A stretch of DNA of 64,000 nt from Paramoeba atlantica (taxonomy: Eukaryota; Protista; Discosea), in contig CDRNVI010000139.1 of NCBI GenBank assembly GCA_977017575.1, positions 62,001 through 126,000 on the forward strand. Reading direction: 5' to 3'. This document shows, in pieces, positions 24,314-35,613 of the stretch. Each line of letters begins with the position of its first letter. Positions within the stretch are counted from its first letter, which is position 1. The notes under the pieces were generated by a model. That model did no database searches. It saw only the letters and a program-made list of their open reading frames with translations, and was not told the origin of the DNA. The translations under genes and the position numbers were made by a program.

Positions 24314-27300
24314 ATGCTTTTCCCAATTGAATACGACTCTGTATTCTTCGCACTTGCCACTGTTGGAGCAATCTCTCTCTTCTTGTATCAGCGATACAAC
24401 CATAATCAACCACAATCTCAGGTAAGGAATGAGTTGTCAAAATTTGGAGTATCCAAGCTAAATTTTCGAAAATAGGAGAGAAGAGAAAAGCCTGAGAGTC
24501 GGGAGAGAAGCGCGCAGGAGATGAGGGAACAGCGACTTCAGAGATTCCGCTCTCTCACCCCAGAATCGCAAGCTGACCCTCCTCCCTCTGCTTCTCCGGC
24601 TCCTCCTTCCCCTTCCCCTTCCCCATCTCCTTCTCTCCCAGTCCCGCCATCTCCGTCCCCTTCGCCTGGACCTTCTCTCTCTGTTTCTCCCCCAGCATCC
24701 CCTTCTCCCTCTCCTCCCACACTCTCTGAGTCACCGTCTCTCCCTCCCTCTTCAAATTCCTCAAATACTCCTTCGTCCTCTTCTCCGTCATCCTCAGTCC
24801 CAAGTTCTCCTGTTGAACCACCAGCTCCTTCCTCTTCTTCCTCATCTTCCTCTTCCTCTTCATCCTCTTCATCCTCTTCATCCCCTTCCTCTTCCCCTTT
24901 TCCTGCTGCTCCATCCTTATCAAAGTCAGAACAACTCAAAATCCACCGAACAATTTGTACCATCTTCAATGTGACACTTCATCCGTCAGGAGAACTCCCC
25001 CTTTCTGAAATGCTTCTCATGACCGAGCCAGCTCACCTTTCTTCTCCTCTCTTTATGTTTGATATCTTCGAGTCAAAGGCGCTGGAGGCAGAAAAGAAGG
25101 GGGAAGACGTAGAGAAGTATCTTTTCTGTATTGAAGAGATTGATCTTATTGCTCTTGATTTGTCAGGTAATTGGGTTGATGGAAAGAATGAACAAACTTC
25201 AGCAACAGATCGAGTTAAACACCTTTTCACATGTTACACCACTGCCAACTCTCTGTCTTTAGACAAGCAATCCGGAGCACATCAGGAATGTCTTTCAATT
25301 TGTAAAGGCTCAATTACTACTGCAATGGCCATTTTACTTGAAGCAGAACCTCTTGCCCTTGTCCCATTTCTCATTGTTCAATCACTTCACGTTCCAAAAG
25401 GATTTTGTGATCAATTTGCATTTCATTTGATGAAGTCAGGTGATGAGGATCTCCACAACGCCATTTTTGGTCCAATTCTTCGGGATTTGATAAAAAAATC
25501 ACGAGAATATCGTCTCTTGGACAATTTTGGATCTCCTCTCTCGGCAATTCAGAAACTAACAGGGGTTCCTTCCCTTGCTGAACTTGCTGTTCTGGAGTGT
25601 TGGGTTCTCTCAGCACCTCAGAGAACTGAGTTTGTGGAGCAGCCTCTCTCTGTTCTTCAAGAGAGGGTTCCACTCGCCACTTTTCCATTGGACGAAATGA
25701 ACCGAATGACTGGAAGAGACCTGATTTGGACTTTTCTTGGAAGCTATATGGATATCTCCTCGATTGGAGATCAAAATCTGTCAAAACAGTTTTTCTCTGA
25801 ACCATCAAAAAGAGTTCTCTCTGAGGTTATGGCGAACACTCAGATGCTGCGACACAGACTCGGTCTTTTGAAGAGTCATTTGGCTGGAATAGGTCTTTTT
25901 TTTTATTTTGAGTCTCTCTTTTTGATTTACTTTACTGAAAAAAGAAAGGATAGTGGGGAATTTGCTCAAACAACGGCAAACTCGCGCGGCAGTGTTTGAT
26001 TGGATTGTAATGGTTATTAATAAGAACAAAGGGAGACTTCAAATGCAATCTCAAGACCCATCAGTTTCAGGAGATAGTTTTCTCTTGAATCTGTCTGGTG
26101 TCCTTTTGAAGGTTTGAATATTTTTCAAAATGATTTCAATTTGAAAATTGCAAAGGTTGAGAAACCCTTTTTTCTTCTTTTTTGTCAGGTGCTGGAAGAA
26201 CATCTTTATCCTTCTAGTGCATCAGCTTCTGAGACCTTCGCAAATTTAGATGCCATTGATGTTTGGTATTGTTCAAAGGCAACAGTTCCTGCTGATGACC
26301 GAGATCCCAATGAATCTTACTATCCAGCACTGAACTTGTCTCAGGAGACAAAAGTTTCTGCGACTTCTCAAGAAATTTTGGTTGGTTTTTTTTTTTGAAA
26401 GGTCTCTTTCTTGGAGATTTTTATTTCTGATTTTATGATGAAATTCAGGAGGCTGTGAAAGAACAGGAAAAAAACGTAAAGGAGGAACAAGAGGAGTATC
26501 GTTTTGAGAACTTTTCGAAATTCTTTAGTGAGTTATTTTTTCAAACTCACAGCGCAATGCAAATGGGACCCCTTCGGACAATTCAGAATTACCTTCGATT
26601 TCTCCAATCTCTTCAAAGAATCCAACAAAGAAAGGACCAGCTCACAGCAAGATTACAACAAGGTGGGGGAGGACCTCAATCCGTGATGTTGAATGTCGAA
26701 TTGAATCGCCTCAAATCCCAATTCGAAGGGATGCTTGCTCATAAATTAGAAGTGGATACACATCTACTTGATCCCAGTTTGAATGCAATTGGATTTTACT
26801 CTTTCACTGCAGCTTGGCTCCTTCGATTGGCTGAGGTTGATCGCCTTATCAAAAGTTCTTCCTCATCATCTGTTTTTGATGTTTTTGCAACTGCAAAACC
26901 TCCTCCAAGATTTTCCTCAGTTCCTGAGCTTCTGATTGAGAATATGGCTGATTATTTGTTATTTGTTTGTCGAGTTGATTCAAAACGGCTCTTGTTGAAT
27001 GCAACTGTGACCCCAATCGTGGAGCTCTTTGTGCTCATGTTGGGAAATAATAATTATATCCGCAATCCCTACTTGAGGTCCAAATTAGCAGAGGTTCTCT
27101 ATTTGATGTCCTGTGCAGATGACGAGAACCAAAATACCAATATGATTGGCAGAGGGTTGTGGTGCTTTTTTGAGAATCACAAAACAGCCAAGACGTTTCT
27201 TGTTCCTTCGTTGTTAGCTCTCTATGTTGCGATTGAAACTACTGGAAGGGATGGCCAATTTTATGAGAAATTTTTCGTGAGAAGGAATATCGCAATCTTA

Positions 27301-28651
27301 CTCAAGCACCTTCGAACACTCCCACATTACGCTGCGGCATTGAAAGAAGAACCTGCTCGAAATCTCCAATTCTTCTTGAAGTTTGTCCACCGTTTGCTTG
27401 ATGATTCGAATTATTTGTTGGATGAAGTTTTCTCGAAACTTAAGGAAGCAATGGAATTGGAACAAGAGTTAAGGACCCCTGGAATGCCTAGACAAGCACA
27501 GGTCGAGACCACATCCCGTTTAACTGAGACTTTAAATTCTGTGCATGCTTACTCTCGATTGGCAACGGAAGTGTTTCAGTTGCTTCATTTTTCAACAGGT
27601 TTTTTTGATTGTTGGTTTCTGATAATTTTCTTGAATCTAATTTCTTACTTTTCCCTCCTCTTTTAGAAGCAAACACGAGTTCTTTTGTCAGACCTGAGGT
27701 CATTGATCGAATTACTGTCTTGTTAAATTATTTCTTGGCAAAATTGGTTGGCCCAAATGCAGTTCCGATCACAGAAAAGGCAAGGAGTCGTCTTGCCTTT
27801 GATCCGAGTACCTTTTTGCAGCAGGTTCAATTCCTTTTCTTTCAAAATCAAAGAGCCACATCTTTCTCATCCTCTCTTTCCTTCAGATTTGCGAAACTTA
27901 TGTTCACTTTGACCTACACGAAGATTTTATAAATTCTGTTGCTTCTGATGGTCGATCTTATACTCCAGAAGTATTTCAAGCTGCTCTACAAAGAGTTACT
28001 TCAAGGTTTTATCTTTTTTCTTTTATTCTCCTTTTCTTGGTTCTTTTCTTCCCAGAAAAAATTTCTCATTTTTAATTCTCAAGGTGTCTTTTGTCGACTC
28101 AAAAACAAGTAACCTCTTTTGAAGCTCTCACACTTGCGTTGGAGATTCGAGCAAAAGAGGTTGCAGAAGAAGAAGAGAGTGGTGATTGGGATGATGTTCC
28201 TGATGAATTTCTTGATCCAATTATGTCAACCATTATGAAAGATCCTGTTACTCTCCCTCCCTCTGGGCAGGTGTGTGATAGAGCGATTATTACTCGTCAT
28301 CTTTTGAGTGAAGATACTGATCCCTTTAACCGTCAACATCTTTCAGAAGATATGTTGGAAGAAAATGTTGAGTTGCGAAAGAAAATTGAAGAGTGGGTTG
28401 AGGAGAAGAAGAAGACTGTTGCAAGAGAAAAGAGAGAAAGACAAGAAAAGAAGAGAGAAAAAGAAGGCAAAATGGAAGAGGATTCTTTTGCTGACGAAAA
28501 GGCTAATTCATATGCTAATCTTGTGAGTGCAACAATGGCAAATGACGGAGGTGCTGATTTGGAAGGAATTGGTGCCTTTGATGAGCCAATGCCCATTGTT
28601 GGACAATCTATGTTTCAACCAAAACAAACTGGAAAAGAAGAAGAACAATAA
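24314..28651 (+). CDS. UFD2: UFD2/UBE4-type U-box ubiquitin ligase (E4)
   Basis: [69 protein letters not shown], and U-box [41 protein letters not shown]. Exon 1 (24314-24421) splices in phase 0 to the main exon. Confidence 0.93.
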
Positions 28652-28744
28652 AACCACCACCCCATTTCTCACACAATCTCGAAAAAGAGTCCTTTTTTTA
28701 GCACCCCGATTTTTTTTTTGTTTTTTCGTTTTTTGGGTTTTTGA

Positions 28745-30845
28745 ATGACTTGCCATGCTCCGTTCTTTCTTCTTCTTTTCTTGATCTTTCTTTTCTGTCC
28801 CAATCCCTTTAATTTTGAAAAGAATTCAACAAAAAAGAAAGTTGAATTCGCAACTGAGCGCCATGATTCCAAAATCGCGATCTGTTTGGTGGGTGAATTA
28901 CGTGCTTTTGAGATGACAGGTGAGCTGTTTGGCTTCAGATGAAAGAGAGAGAGAACTTTTAGATTTTGGGATTGACTTTTTGAGATATTGGTAGTTTATG
29001 GCTTGTTACGCAATCTTGTTGGAGTGATTGCGCAAAGAACAAAGCTTGTGGATGTTTTCTTTTCTTCTTTTTTGAACCAAGATTCGTTCAAGGTTTTCCT
29101 TTTTTCCTTTCCCTTTTTTTCGTTGAAAAAGAATGATCAATTGAAAGATTGAATTTTAGATTGGGATTCTTCAAAAAGAATTTGAAAATTTTGTTTCTGA
29201 AACATCAATCCATAATGTAAAGATTGCGATTGTCAAGATGCCTCTTCAATCTCCTTCCTATTTCTCTTCAGGTTCAAATCCAACACGCCTTTTTTTCCCT
29301 TCTTTTTCTTCATTTTTCAAGAAATGGACAGTGCCATCAAAGATAATGCCATATGCAACCAGTGGAACAGAAGCAATGTATGGTCTCTTCAATCTGACAA
29401 GTACTTGCTCCAAGGTCTTTCTTTCTTTCTTTTTTTATTTTTTTATTATTATTGTTCAGGGGATGAACTCAATCTTCATTTAGTTGATACAAAAACATGA
29501 AGCAATCAGAAAATATCAATATGATATCAGTTTTGAATTTTTTGATTTCATTTTAAAAAGAATAAGAATTTATTTGAGAATTAATGAACAAACAGTTTTG
29601 AAAACAAGAGTGGATGGACTTTGGTATTTTCCAACGGTTGGTCTTCCTCTCACAAAAGGTTGATTTTATCTTTTCTTTCAACGGAAAAGAGTTCGGGAAA
29701 GAATTTTTGAACTTTTTTTTTCCAGAAGAGTTCAAAGGAACTGTTTTTTTGCCAAGAAAGGAAGGCTATGTCGGTTTTAATGATCGTTTCCTGATTGGAC
29801 CGTTCTCTCTTTCTCGGTTTTTGGGATATTTGAACAACTTACTTACAGGTTTCAATAGAAGGGATTTAATGTTGCCTGCAATGGATCGATTTCGTTTAAT
29901 TCAAATTGCTAACACAACGTTTCTTTTCTTTCTTTTTTTTGAATGATTTTCCTTGCTGAAGAAAACAATTTTCTAGAAAATCGATGAATAGTGAAGCTTC
30001 CTTCAAGAAGGAACTTGACGCAATCCAAATGAAAGTCACAAAAATTAAACCTGTTTCTCCTTCCTTCATTTTTTCTTATTTCCTTTTTCTCACCTTCAGT
30101 TTCAGTGTCCTTCTGTAGAAAGTTGTATGACACCATTTTGTGTTTTGCGCACAATTGAACCAGTATTTTTCATTTCGTTAAAATCCCATTTTTTGAACTG
30201 AACTCTTTTCCAAAGTCAGCCAATCCCTTGAGAGTGAAGAAACTGCTCATCAGTGATGTTTGTTGCTTTTTTAGCTGTCTTTTTACATTTTTCAAGAAAA
30301 GATTGAATGAATTGTAGGGAGGAGTTTGTAAGCCCTGTTGGGTAAATTGCCAGCAGAGTGGACTTGGAGCAAACTGGAGAAAAATCTTCGAGAAAGAAAT
30401 TGGTCCAACACCATTAATTCCTTTAAACACTTTAGAAAAACTGATTCTTCAATTCCGAAATATTCCGAGTTGTGTTGAAACTTTCAAGAAAAAATTCCAG
30501 TAAGTGATCTATTCTTCAATATTTAAATGAAAACTTATTTACTTGTGACCAAAGAAAGTTAAATTGGCGATCTGATGCTTCGATAGATGACCTCTGCATC
30601 ATTAGTTCGTTCTCTTTACTGACAAGGAAGAAACCACAAAGGATTACCAAACCTTCAGATAACCTAATCCAGATGATGTCAGATACCACCCTAAGGTTTT
30701 TTTCTTCTTTTTTTTCCTGTGATTTTAAGAAAGTTTTCTTGTGAAGTTTAATCTCTGTTTGATTAGAGCTGCTAAAGCTTGGAATTATGAAGAGGATAGA
30801 TGCCAACGCTTTCCAGATCTCTGCCATCAAATCCCTTTTGATTAA
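28745..30845 (+). CDS. DUF7796-like (putative glycosyltransferase-like) type II membrane protein, copy 1
   Basis: N-terminal hydrophobic segment, IAICLVGELRAFEMT, VFFSSFLNQDSFK, KTRVDGLW, GFNDRFLIG, NSEASFKKEL, PFCVLR, GGVCKPCWVNC; spliced end ..RCQRFPDLCHQIPFD*. Confidence 0.72.
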
Positions 30846-31224
30846 CCCTCAACCCCTTTCAATCGATCGAGGGTGAAAACAAAAATCGTTTTTGGTTGGA
30901 TGAGCAACTGAAAAAATCTGTTTGTTCAGAAGCAAAAACAGTACTCCAATATTATTGAGAGGACTTTGAACATGAAAAACTTGAACCCAAGAAATATGGA
31001 TTTTCCAAAGAAAGGTCCAAAAGAAACAATCAAACTTGCAAAGGGACAACAAAAAAATTAAGTTTGTCAAAATATCTTTCCCTCCAATTCCTCTCCCAAT
31101 TGGCAATGGAATAAATCTTCAAAACAGAACCTGGATCAGCCTAAATTGTCACAAGTTTTCTTGTTTTTAGCTCCTCATTTTTAGCGACCCAAATTTTTTT
31201 TGTTTTTTCGTTTTTGGTTTTTGG

Positions 31225-33342
31225 ATGACTTGCCATGCCCCGTTCTTTCTTCTTCTTTTCTTGATCTTTCTTTTCTGTCCTGCTCTCTTTTTTGAGAATT
31301 CGACGGAGGAGATTGAATTACCGAGGTTATTGAATTCAACAACTGTTCGCCATGATTCCAAAATCGCGATCTGTTTGGTGGGTGAATTACGTGCTTTTGA
31401 GATGACAGGTGAGCTGTTTGATACAAAGACAAAAGAAAAGAAGAAAAGAAGAAAGAAGAGAATCTTTTGGATTTTGAGATTGACTTTTTGAGATTTTGAT
31501 AGTTTATGGCTTGTTACGCAATCTTGTTGGAGCGATTGCGCAAAAAACAAAGCTTGTGGATGTTTTCTTTTCTTCTTTCTTGAACCGAGATTCGTTCAAG
31601 GTTTTCCTTTTTTCCTTTCCCTTTTTTCATTGAAAAAGAAGGATCAATTTAAAGATTGAATTTTAGATTGGGATTCTTCAAAAAGAATTTGAAAATTTTG
31701 TTTCTGAAACATCAATCCATAATGTAAAGATTGCGATTGTCAATATGCCTCTTCAATCTCCTTCCTATTTCTCTTCAGGTTCAAATCCAACACGCCTTTT
31801 TTTCCCTTCTTTTTCTTCATTTTTCAAGAAATGGACAGTGCCATCAAATATAATGCCATATGCAACCAGTGGAACAGAAGCAATGTATGGAGTCTTCAAT
31901 CTGACAAGTACTTGCTCCAAGGTCTTTCTTTCTTTCTTTTTTGATTTTTTTTTTATTATTGTTCAGAGGATGAACTCAATCTTCATTTAGTTGATACAAA
32001 AACATGAAGGAACACAAAAATATCAATATGATATCAGTTTTGAATTTTTTGAGATTTTTGTTCTTTTTTGTTCTCTAAATTGAGAGGATTAGTTTTGAAA
32101 ACAAGAGTGGATGGACTTTGGTATTTTCCAACAGTTGGTCTTCCTCTCACAAAAGGTTGATTTCAGATTTTCTTTCAACGGAAAAAAGTTTGGGAAAGAA
32201 TTTTTGAACTTTTTCTTTTCAAGGAGATTTCAAAGGAACTGTTCTTTTGCCAAGAAGAGAGAGCTATTATGGGTACAATGATCGTTTCCTGATTGGACCG
32301 TTCTCTCTTTCTCTCTTTCTCAGTTTTCTGGTGTGTTTAAACAACTTACATTTTTCAACAGGAGGGGGTTGATGTTGCTTGCAATGGATCGATTTCGGTC
32401 AATTCAAATTGCTAACACAACGTCGTTTCTTTTCTTTCTTTTTTGAATTATTTTCCTGGCTGAAGAAAACATTTTTTTAGTCGAGCGATTAACAGTGAAG
32501 CTTCCCTCAAGAATGAGCTTGATACAATCAAAATGAAAGTCACAAAAATGAAACCTGTTTCTTTTTTTTCCTTTACTTTTTTTCATTTCTCTTTCTCACC
32601 TTCAATTTCAGTGTCCTTCGATCGAGAGCTGTGTGACACCTTTTTGTGTCTTGCGCACAATCGAACCGGTATTTTTAATGATTTCATTAAATCCCTCCAA
32701 TTCAAAACAAACTGAACTCTTTTTCTCTCCCTGAAGTCAGTCAATGCAATGAAAGTGAAGAAACATTTCATCACTGATGTTTTTTTTTTCATGTTTTCCT
32801 ACATTTTTCAAATAAAAGAGTGAATGAATTGTAGGGAGGGGTTTGTAAACCCTGTTTGGCACATTGCAAGTACAAGGGGCTTGGTCGTGACTGGACGAAA
32901 ATTTTTGAGGAAGAAATAGGTCCTGCACCATTGCTTCCTTTGTCTACTTTAGAAAACCTGACTCTTCAAATCCAAGATATTCCGAGTTGTGTTGAAATCT
33001 TCACTAAAGCCCTTCAGTAAGTGGTCTCTTTTATTAATTTAAATGAATACTAATTGACTGAGTTCAAAAGGAAATTAAATTGGCGGTCTGATGTTTCAAT
33101 GACTGACCTCTGTATCATAAGCTCATTTTCTTTACTGACAAGGAAAGAGTCATTCAGAATAACGAACTCTTCCGATCCAAGACTTATTCACATGTTGTCA
33201 GAGCCCGCCCTAAGGTTTTTTCTTTCTAATCCAAACTGTGTCAATATTAAACTCTTTGATTAGAGCGGCAAAAGCTTGGAATTATGAAGAGGACAGATGT
33301 CAACGCTTCCCAGTTTTCTGCCATCAAATCCCTTTTGATTAG
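31225..33342 (+). CDS. DUF7796-like type II membrane protein, copy 2 (tandem duplicate, period about 2.5 kb)
   Basis: Same exon structure and motifs as copy 1; ends ..RCQRFPVFCHQIPFD* (TAG 33340-33342). Confidence 0.72.
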
Positions 33343-33564
33343 GGAGGACACAAAAAAACTTGAAGACCAAGGGTCTAAGATATTGGGAACTCCGAGCCAT
33401 TGGCCAATGTTGTAGGGAGAAAAACTTTGGGAATGTGGGAATTGCAAACATCGAACACCAAACAGCAAAAATTGAATTTCTGCTTTTGATTTCCCCATTT
33501 ATTCCATCAAATTTGAATTTCAAATTTTTTTCACCTTCCTCTCCAAGATAAAGATGAATAAAAA

Positions 33565-35363
33565 TCACTCACGAATCGAAGACTGAACCGTGGTACTTTG
33601 TTCTACACTTCGAATCACATTTTGGTTGAGGATCAGCTCCGTCCACCATGTAAGAACAAGAGGATTTGAGAGATAGAAAACCACACTCATCACAAGTGGG
33701 AAGAGATAAAACAAAAACAGGTACACACAGAACAGTCCGCCGTCCGATCGAAAAACTCTTTCACATGGAGGTGGGTCAAATCTTGGGTTGGTTGCCACGC
33801 ATTGAATATAATCGATTATATTTTGTCCTCCCTCAAACCCAAAATTGACCCAGAGCCAAAAGACAAAGAAAAGAACAAGATAGACTTGTAGAAAAAGTCC
33901 CCTCCATTGGTAGTAAAAAATTCGCCAATTGATACTGAGAAGAAGTGCAATGGAAATAAGGACAATGAAAATGACAATACTTGCCAGAATGGTGATGCTA
34001 ATTCTGAAAACATCATCAATTTGGTGGAATGGATAAGCGGAATTGATGAACGGGGTTATTGCAACTATCGGTTCATCAGAAGGAGAGTCATGTGTGAAAA
34101 AATAAATAAAATATAAGAGAGAAAATGGGAGCGCGATGAGAAGACAAGACATGAAAACTCCAACTCTGATCTTTGTCGAGACTGGCTGCTCCACATATTT
34201 GTTGAAAAATTTCCATTTCGATCTTTCCAATCAATATGAGTGAACTCCTCTCCATCAATCCTCAAAAAAAGAAGAAAAAAAAAGAAGAAAAAAAACCGAG
34301 CAACAAAACAAAAGGTGTTAAAGGTTGTGACAACCCAAATGCAAGCGACAATTGTAAAAAGTGAGGAAGCCAGAGCCATTTGAACTCCTGCGACTGTTGA
34401 TCGAACAAAACGATTCCTTGCAACGAGAAAGTTTTCTTCATCTCCGCAAATATATTCTTCTGGTCCTCCTAAAGAATGGGGTTTAAAAAAATGCTAACAA
34501 TAATAATACTCAAACAATTCACCAAAAAGAATTGAGAAAGAAATAAAACCTGCAAAAACTGCGAAAGAGACTACCATATTCGCCACTGAAGTCAAGGTGA
34601 TGACAAGGGGAATTAAAAAATTTGGGTATCTACAAAAAAGTTAAAAAGTTGACTCTTTTCAAAAACAATCAAAAAAAATTCCTCACCTGAAATTGAAAGT
34701 CATCACCGCAAAGGGAAACAGTCCAAGAAAAGTTGTGATCACCCCAAACCACATCAATATAAAAAGAGTGATTCGAACTCCTCTTTCAAATCGCTCTCCA
34801 TAGACATATTGTAAACACTTCACAACACACTCCCCCCCAGAATCAAAAGTAAACGGATCAGGACAACACTGAATTGTTTCTCCATCCTCTCCTAAACAAG
34901 TTTCCACTTCAACTGGGTTTCTTGTTTCTTTTTCAATTTCTTTCGAAATTCTTTCAGTACATTCACTTTCTTCATCGAAGGGGGGAAAGACACAATCGAA
35001 AGTAATACCAAACCTTTCACATCTTTCATTCACCTGATGACATCCTTCGACTTGTTGGCAAAATTGTTCTTCTTCAGTTTCAAGATTCGGGCAGCGAGGA
35101 AAGAGTAATCCACAAGCATACCATAACAATGGCCTTCGACAAGTGGCAGAAAACATTCGCACATCAGAAATATTCAAACTGAATGAATCGAAGATCGCCT
35201 CTTGAACCGATGAGTTCACAAACACAAAACTTAAAAAGGAAGAACACTCATTTTGAAGTTCGTATTCAAAACATGGGATTATTGGGGTCGCTCTTGGCAC
35301 AGAGGCTATTTTGGCAACAAAAAGGCCTTGAAAACTCAAAAAGAGGATGAAAAATAACAACAT
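33565..35363 (-). CDS. Frizzled/Smoothened-like (class F-like) 7TM receptor with signal peptide and Cys-rich CRD
   Basis: Signal MLLFFILFLSFQG; CRD-like C..C..CRRPLLWYACGLLFPRC..C..C..V..C; linker CCPDPF..CVVKC; R|YPNFLI after TM1; further TM helices; Cys loop IIDYIQCVATNP..PPCE before the last TM. Confidence 0.8.
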
Positions 35364-35613
35364 GAATCTGATGAAAAAGAGAGGAGAGCCGCAAACGAAC
35401 GAAAAGGGGGAATTGTGCAACAAAAATTCATCGTTACATGTGGCTAAAAGTGTGGCTAAATTTTTTAACAGTACTATTTTTTATTTTCGTCCCTTTCTAT
35501 ATTGTGAAAAGAGAGAAAGGCCTTTTCCTTTTTAAACGAAACGACATTGTGTCTGTTTTTCTCTTTTGGTTTTCTCTTTTCGTTGCTGGTTTCTCTTTGG
35601 GCAAGAATCACAA

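Noticed and set aside
30516-30830. Conserved minus-strand frame (FLVSKENELMMQRS..) duplicated at about 33050-33330
   Set aside because: Codon-mirror artefact. Copy 2 has a TGA in that frame, and splice signals and T-rich introns place these exons on the + strand as the 3' end of the DUF7796-like genes.
30846-31180. Unique spacer between copies 1 and 2 with a minus-strand 85-aa ORF
   Set aside because: No ATG-led or splice-supported frame and no convincing similarity to the nearby receptor gene.
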